Shown piece by piece: positions 37,674 to 41,370 of a stretch of DNA of 41,370 nucleotides. Numbering within the stretch: position 1 is the first letter of the stretch; each line of letters starts with the position of its first letter. Position numbers and translations under genes: made by a program. The stretch covers positions 1-41,370 of the forward strand of contig JBBSQY010000030.1 in NCBI GenBank assembly GCA_038243585.1, in the 5' to 3' direction. Below the pieces are notes generated by a model. That model was given only the letters and a program-made list of their open reading frames with translations, was not told the DNA's origin and did not search any database. The DNA comes from Candidatus Sumerlaeales bacterium. Lineage in GTDB: Bacteria > Sumerlaeota > Sumerlaeia > Sumerlaeales > Sumerlaeaceae.

Positions 37674-38867
37674 GTGATCAATATAAATGGACTTTTTCCA
37701 ACGAGAATGTGTTTTCTCGCCATGGCTCTCGGGGCTGGCCTGACCATGCCCGCAACCGCTCAGCAACCTCCTCCTACTGCGACTGAATTCTTTAAACCGC
37801 CTATCGTGCTGGATGCCCATGTGGACATTCTGCTTAACCTGGTGAACCCGGGCAATAACCGGTCCCTGGACGAACCGGGCCGTAATGGGCAGGCGAATTT
37901 TGAAAACTGGCGCGCTGGCGGCACCAATGCAGTTGTTTTCGCGTTATGGGTGGACCCTCGCCAGTTTCGCGGCCAACGGGCTGTGGCCCGGGTCGAGAAG
38001 CTTATGGAACTGTACCGCGACCAGTTGCGTAAGTATCCGGATCGGCTGGTTCATTGCGACACGTCGGACGATATTCGTCGCGCCATCGCGTCTGGCAAGA
38101 TCGCTGGAGTACTGGGCGTTGAAGGCGGTATTACCATTAACAATGATCTGGGCAATATTGAACGATTCCGGAGCAGCGGCGTTCGCTATATGACCCTGAC
38201 ATGGCGTGGGAACCTGGACTGGGCGGGAAGTTCGCAGGAGGCAGGCAATCAGTTTCGGCGTGGCGAACAAACGAAGATCGCGGACAACCCGTCTTCTGGC
38301 GGATTGACGGATTTTGGACGCCAGGTCGTGGCGGAAATGAACCGTGTCGGCATGGTTGTGGATCTGAGCCACGTTTCCGATCAGACATTCTTCGACGCCA
38401 TCAAGGCGACTCGTTTCCCTGTTATGGTATCTCATTCCAACGCGCGGGCGCTGTCGAATCACAAACGGAATGTTTCTGACGCAATGCTTGCAGCCCTGGC
38501 AAAAAACAAGGGCGTTATCGGGGTAAACCTGTGGTACGCACTCCTGGAGCCGGACGGTAAAGATTCTAAAGATGCCGGGGCAAAGCCGGTCAATGTGGAA
38601 ACGGTGCTGGATCAAATTGATCACATGGTGAAAATCGCCGGGATAGATTGCGTAGGCATCGGAACGGATTTCGAAGGTATAAGCGATCTTCCACCAGACC
38701 TGCAAAACGCGTCCAAGCTGACGAAGATTTTTGACGGAATGCGCAAGCGGGGCTATTCTGAGGCTGATATCAGGAAGTTTGCGGGGGAAAACTTTCTTCG
38801 CGTGCTTAAGGCTAATGAAACTGGCGCGGCCCCTCGAGTACAGGCTGCTGCGAGTCGGCAGCAATGA
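37674..38867 (+). CDS. membrane/renal-type dipeptidase (M19), secreted
   Basis: LDAHVD, GVEGG, YMTLTW, DLSHVSD, SHSNAR, GIGTDFEG; start uncertain (37674, 37707 or 37722). Confidence 0.92.
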   Translation: MININGLFPTRMCFLAMALGAGLTMPATAQQPPPTATEFFKPPIVLDAHVDILLNLVNPGNNRSLDEPGRNGQANFENWRAGGTNAVVFALWVDPRQFRGQRAVARVEKLMELYRDQLRKYPDRLVHCDTSDDIRRAIASGKIAGVLGVEGGITINNDLGNIERFRSSGVRYMTLTWRGNLDWAGSSQEAGNQFRRGEQTKIADNPSSGGLTDFGRQVVAEMNRVGMVVDLSHVSDQTFFDAIKATRFPVMVSHSNARALSNHKRNVSDAMLAALAKNKGVIGVNLWYALLEPDGKDSKDAGAKPVNVETVLDQIDHMVKIAGIDCVGIGTDFEGISDLPPDLQNASKLTKIFDGMRKRGYSEADIRKFAGENFLRVLKANETGAAPRVQAAASRQQ

Positions 38868-39760
38868 AAAAGAAAATTATCATCGCAGGCGGCACGGGTT
38901 TCATAGGGAGCTATTGCGCGGAAAAGTTTCGCGAGCTGGAATATGATGTGCAGATTATTTCGCGCGGGAATGGCAATCTTCACTGGGGCGATTCAGCGCG
39001 CATCACCGCCGCGCTGGAAAATGCGGACCTGCTTTTGAACCTGGCGGGCAAGTCTGTCGATTGTCGGTACAATGAGAAAAACAAGCGGGAGATTCTGACT
39101 TCGCGCACGGAGACAACCAAGGCACTGGGCGAAGCGATGCTACGCTGCGAGAACCCGCCGCCGCTCTGGATAAATGCCGGTACGGCCACGATTTACCGCG
39201 ATTCGAAGGACAAACCAATGACGGAGGAAGCGGGGGAGATTGGCAGCGGCTTTTCCGTTGATGTCGCGACGGCATGGGAAGACGCGTTTTATGCCTCGTC
39301 TCTCCCTTCCACCAGGAAAGTTGTTTTGCGCACCACCATCGCCCTGGGCAATGGCGGCGGCGCCATGAAACCGTTTATGGTATTGACCCAGCTGGGCCTG
39401 GGCGGCAGGCAGGGCAGCGGGGACCAGATGTTCAGTTGGATTCATATCGAAGACCTGTATCGCATCATCCGCTTTACCCAGGATAACCCGCAGATTGAAG
39501 GTCCGGTCAACGCGGCGGCCCCGGAACCGGTCTCAAACGCGGAGTTTATGAAAGTTTTGCGCGACAGAATGAACAGGCCGATTGGTATTCCTGCACCGGA
39601 GCCGTTGTTGAAGCTGGGCGCTTTTGTTATTAGAACAGAGCCGGAGCTGTTGTTGAAAAGCCGCTGGGTCATCCCGGAGAAGCTGCTGAAGAACGGATTT
39701 GAATTTAAATATCCAACTGCGAAGCTGGCCGTGGATGAAATCGTGAGCAGCGCTGTTTAA
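38864..39760 (+). CDS. TIGR01777/YfcH-family NAD-dependent epimerase-like protein
   Basis: IAGGTGFIG, NLAGKSV, GSGDQMFSWIHIED, PEKLLKNGFEFKYP; ATGA overlap with the dipeptidase. Confidence 0.9.
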   Translation: MKKKIIIAGGTGFIGSYCAEKFRELEYDVQIISRGNGNLHWGDSARITAALENADLLLNLAGKSVDCRYNEKNKREILTSRTETTKALGEAMLRCENPPPLWINAGTATIYRDSKDKPMTEEAGEIGSGFSVDVATAWEDAFYASSLPSTRKVVLRTTIALGNGGGAMKPFMVLTQLGLGGRQGSGDQMFSWIHIEDLYRIIRFTQDNPQIEGPVNAAAPEPVSNAEFMKVLRDRMNRPIGIPAPEPLLKLGAFVIRTEPELLLKSRWVIPEKLLKNGFEFKYPTAKLAVDEIVSSAV

Positions 39761-39811
39761 AAGTCGCAGCGACAAGAGACAGTAGCACCCAATTATAATC
39801 TGGAGCAGACA

Positions 39812-40045
39812 ATGATACAGGACGACGACGGCAACAAGGCGGGCGACACCAAGACGAGCAGTAAGGAATATGTGAAGCTGGAAACCGGCGAGCAGGATAC
39901 ACCTAGAGTACCGACGGAAAATTCCGGCCTTACCTCGACAAGCCAGGATGACCTGGATCATCCGGAGCAACAGAAGGATGAAGAGACGGATGAAAGCAAT
40001 GACGCCGTCGCAGAGAAAATTAAAGATACGAATCACCAGGATTAG
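39812..40045 (+). CDS. small acidic hydrophilic hypothetical protein (77 aa)
   Basis: GGAG SD; fills the gap between co-oriented genes; very D/E-rich. Confidence 0.55.
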   Translation: MIQDDDGNKAGDTKTSSKEYVKLETGEQDTPRVPTENSGLTSTSQDDLDHPEQQKDEETDESNDAVAEKIKDTNHQD

Positions 40046-40143
40046 TTAATGGGTCGAGTCATTTGTGTGCAGGTTGTGCCGGCGGATCTCGGAAGCACAA
40101 ATTAGCTACCCATTATTTATGTTGATGCGGTGTACGAGTAAAA

Positions 40144-41223
40144 ATGTATTTAGATAGAGCCTTCTCCCTGTGTGCATTGTGTTGCATGGGCGCTGCGGCT
40201 TTTGGCGTCAGTGCTCCCGCCCCTGCTTCGGTTACGCCGTCGGCGCTGGTTGGGGCCTCGGCTCCGGCTCCCGCAGGGGCTTCGTTGACGACTGCGCCTC
40301 CGACCTCGTTTGACCCTTCTCAGTTCGCCTCGTTAACCACCGCAAGCCTGCCTTTGGAAAACGGTGAGCCCGTAATTATGCGGGTCAATGGCCGGCCTGT
40401 CACCTGGGACGATCTTACAATCCAGACCCGCATGGCGGGGGCTGCAATCATGAGTCAGCATCCTGGGAAGGAGCGGCACATAATGGCCGCCCTGCTCCAG
40501 CCGGTCTCGGAAGCGCTGATTTTGCAGGAGCTTTATCGGGAGTTTGCTGTAACCAGGAACCTGGCGCCGCAATCGGCGGAGATCGATCTTCGGCAATCGG
40601 AGATCAGGTCCAGTCAGAACCCCGCTGTGAAACAGGCCATTGCTTTTCTATCCTCGGATCAAATTCGGCAACTCGTGACGGACTCGCTGGTCCATGAAAA
40701 AGTGGACAAGTATATCGGGGATCTGGCGACCAGCGCTCCGCCGAGCTTGCAGGAGATTGCAACCTTTGTTTCTGAATTAAAGCCAACGACGAGCCCCATT
40801 GAGCTCACCCGGGCGCGCCATATCGTGATCCGTGCCACCCCCGATATGTCGGAATTCGCGCTGAATGACGCGAAAGCGCGAGCAGAAGAGGTGTTTGCCA
40901 AGTTGGAAAGCGGGCTCGACTTCGCCACCGCCGCCCGGCAGTACAGCCAGGATCGCTTTACCGCGTTTCAGGGCGGCAACGTGGGGTACTTTTCGGCGGG
41001 GGCAATGTTTATGGAATTTGAAGCTGCCGCGGCCAAGCTGGCTGTGGGGGAGACAAGCGGCATCGTCCGCACGCCGGTAGGCTACCACATCATCCAGGTG
41101 ACCGAACGTCAGCCGGATGACCTGCGCCTGCAACTGGACAAACACAAGCGGCAGATGGCAGTGATGCATTGGAAAGAAAAAGCGGTGCAGGGAGCAAAGG
41201 TGGAGCGTTACCTGCAGAACTGA
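40144..41223 (+). CDS. parvulin/PpiC-type peptidyl-prolyl isomerase (SurA/PrsA-like)
   Basis: RARHIVI, FATAARQYSQD, GGNVGYF, VRTPVGYHII; signal peptide and Ala/Pro linker. Confidence 0.9.
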   Translation: MYLDRAFSLCALCCMGAAAFGVSAPAPASVTPSALVGASAPAPAGASLTTAPPTSFDPSQFASLTTASLPLENGEPVIMRVNGRPVTWDDLTIQTRMAGAAIMSQHPGKERHIMAALLQPVSEALILQELYREFAVTRNLAPQSAEIDLRQSEIRSSQNPAVKQAIAFLSSDQIRQLVTDSLVHEKVDKYIGDLATSAPPSLQEIATFVSELKPTTSPIELTRARHIVIRATPDMSEFALNDAKARAEEVFAKLESGLDFATAARQYSQDRFTAFQGGNVGYFSAGAMFMEFEAAAAKLAVGETSGIVRTPVGYHIIQVTERQPDDLRLQLDKHKRQMAVMHWKEKAVQGAKVERYLQN

Positions 41224-41370
41224 TTTGTTCTGGCGATGTATTTAACGAAGAAAGTTCTGGAAGTGGGGGAATTATTTCGCCAGTCACACAGGCGAAGATG
41301 ACAATTATTTCTGCCGTCCTGCCTATTTACACTGAAAGTACACGCCTACCAATGTCCGAAGTTTTAGACC

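Noticed and set aside
37944..38864. 306-aa minus-strand ORF
   Set aside because: Antisense shadow of the M19 dipeptidase.

Overview
GC-rich bacterial chromosomal window, mostly housekeeping and cell-envelope genes (engB, dxs, dnaK, ugd, tig, a parvulin PPIase, GT4 plus flippase, DedA/PAP2, a family-5 ABC substrate-binding protein, heparinase-like and GH172/GH32-like carbohydrate enzymes, and a yqjD/E/K-like operon). A defence-type accessory island at about 1.6-8.3 kb encodes an AT-rich ABC/SMC-like ATPase with a non-canonical Walker A, an EcoRI-family adenine methyltransferase coupled to a DUF262-HNH nuclease, and a DUF3883 nuclease coupled to a small membrane protein. The island lies just right of a sharp local strand-skew inversion at about 1.1 kb. 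Intergenic spaces hold at least four small palindromic repeat families (REP/MITE-like) with no transposase in the window. Candidate sigma-54 promoters precede dnaK and the yqjD-like operon. No rRNA, tRNA, CRISPR array, integrase or transposase was recognised. All family calls come from motif recognition by eye, not database searches.
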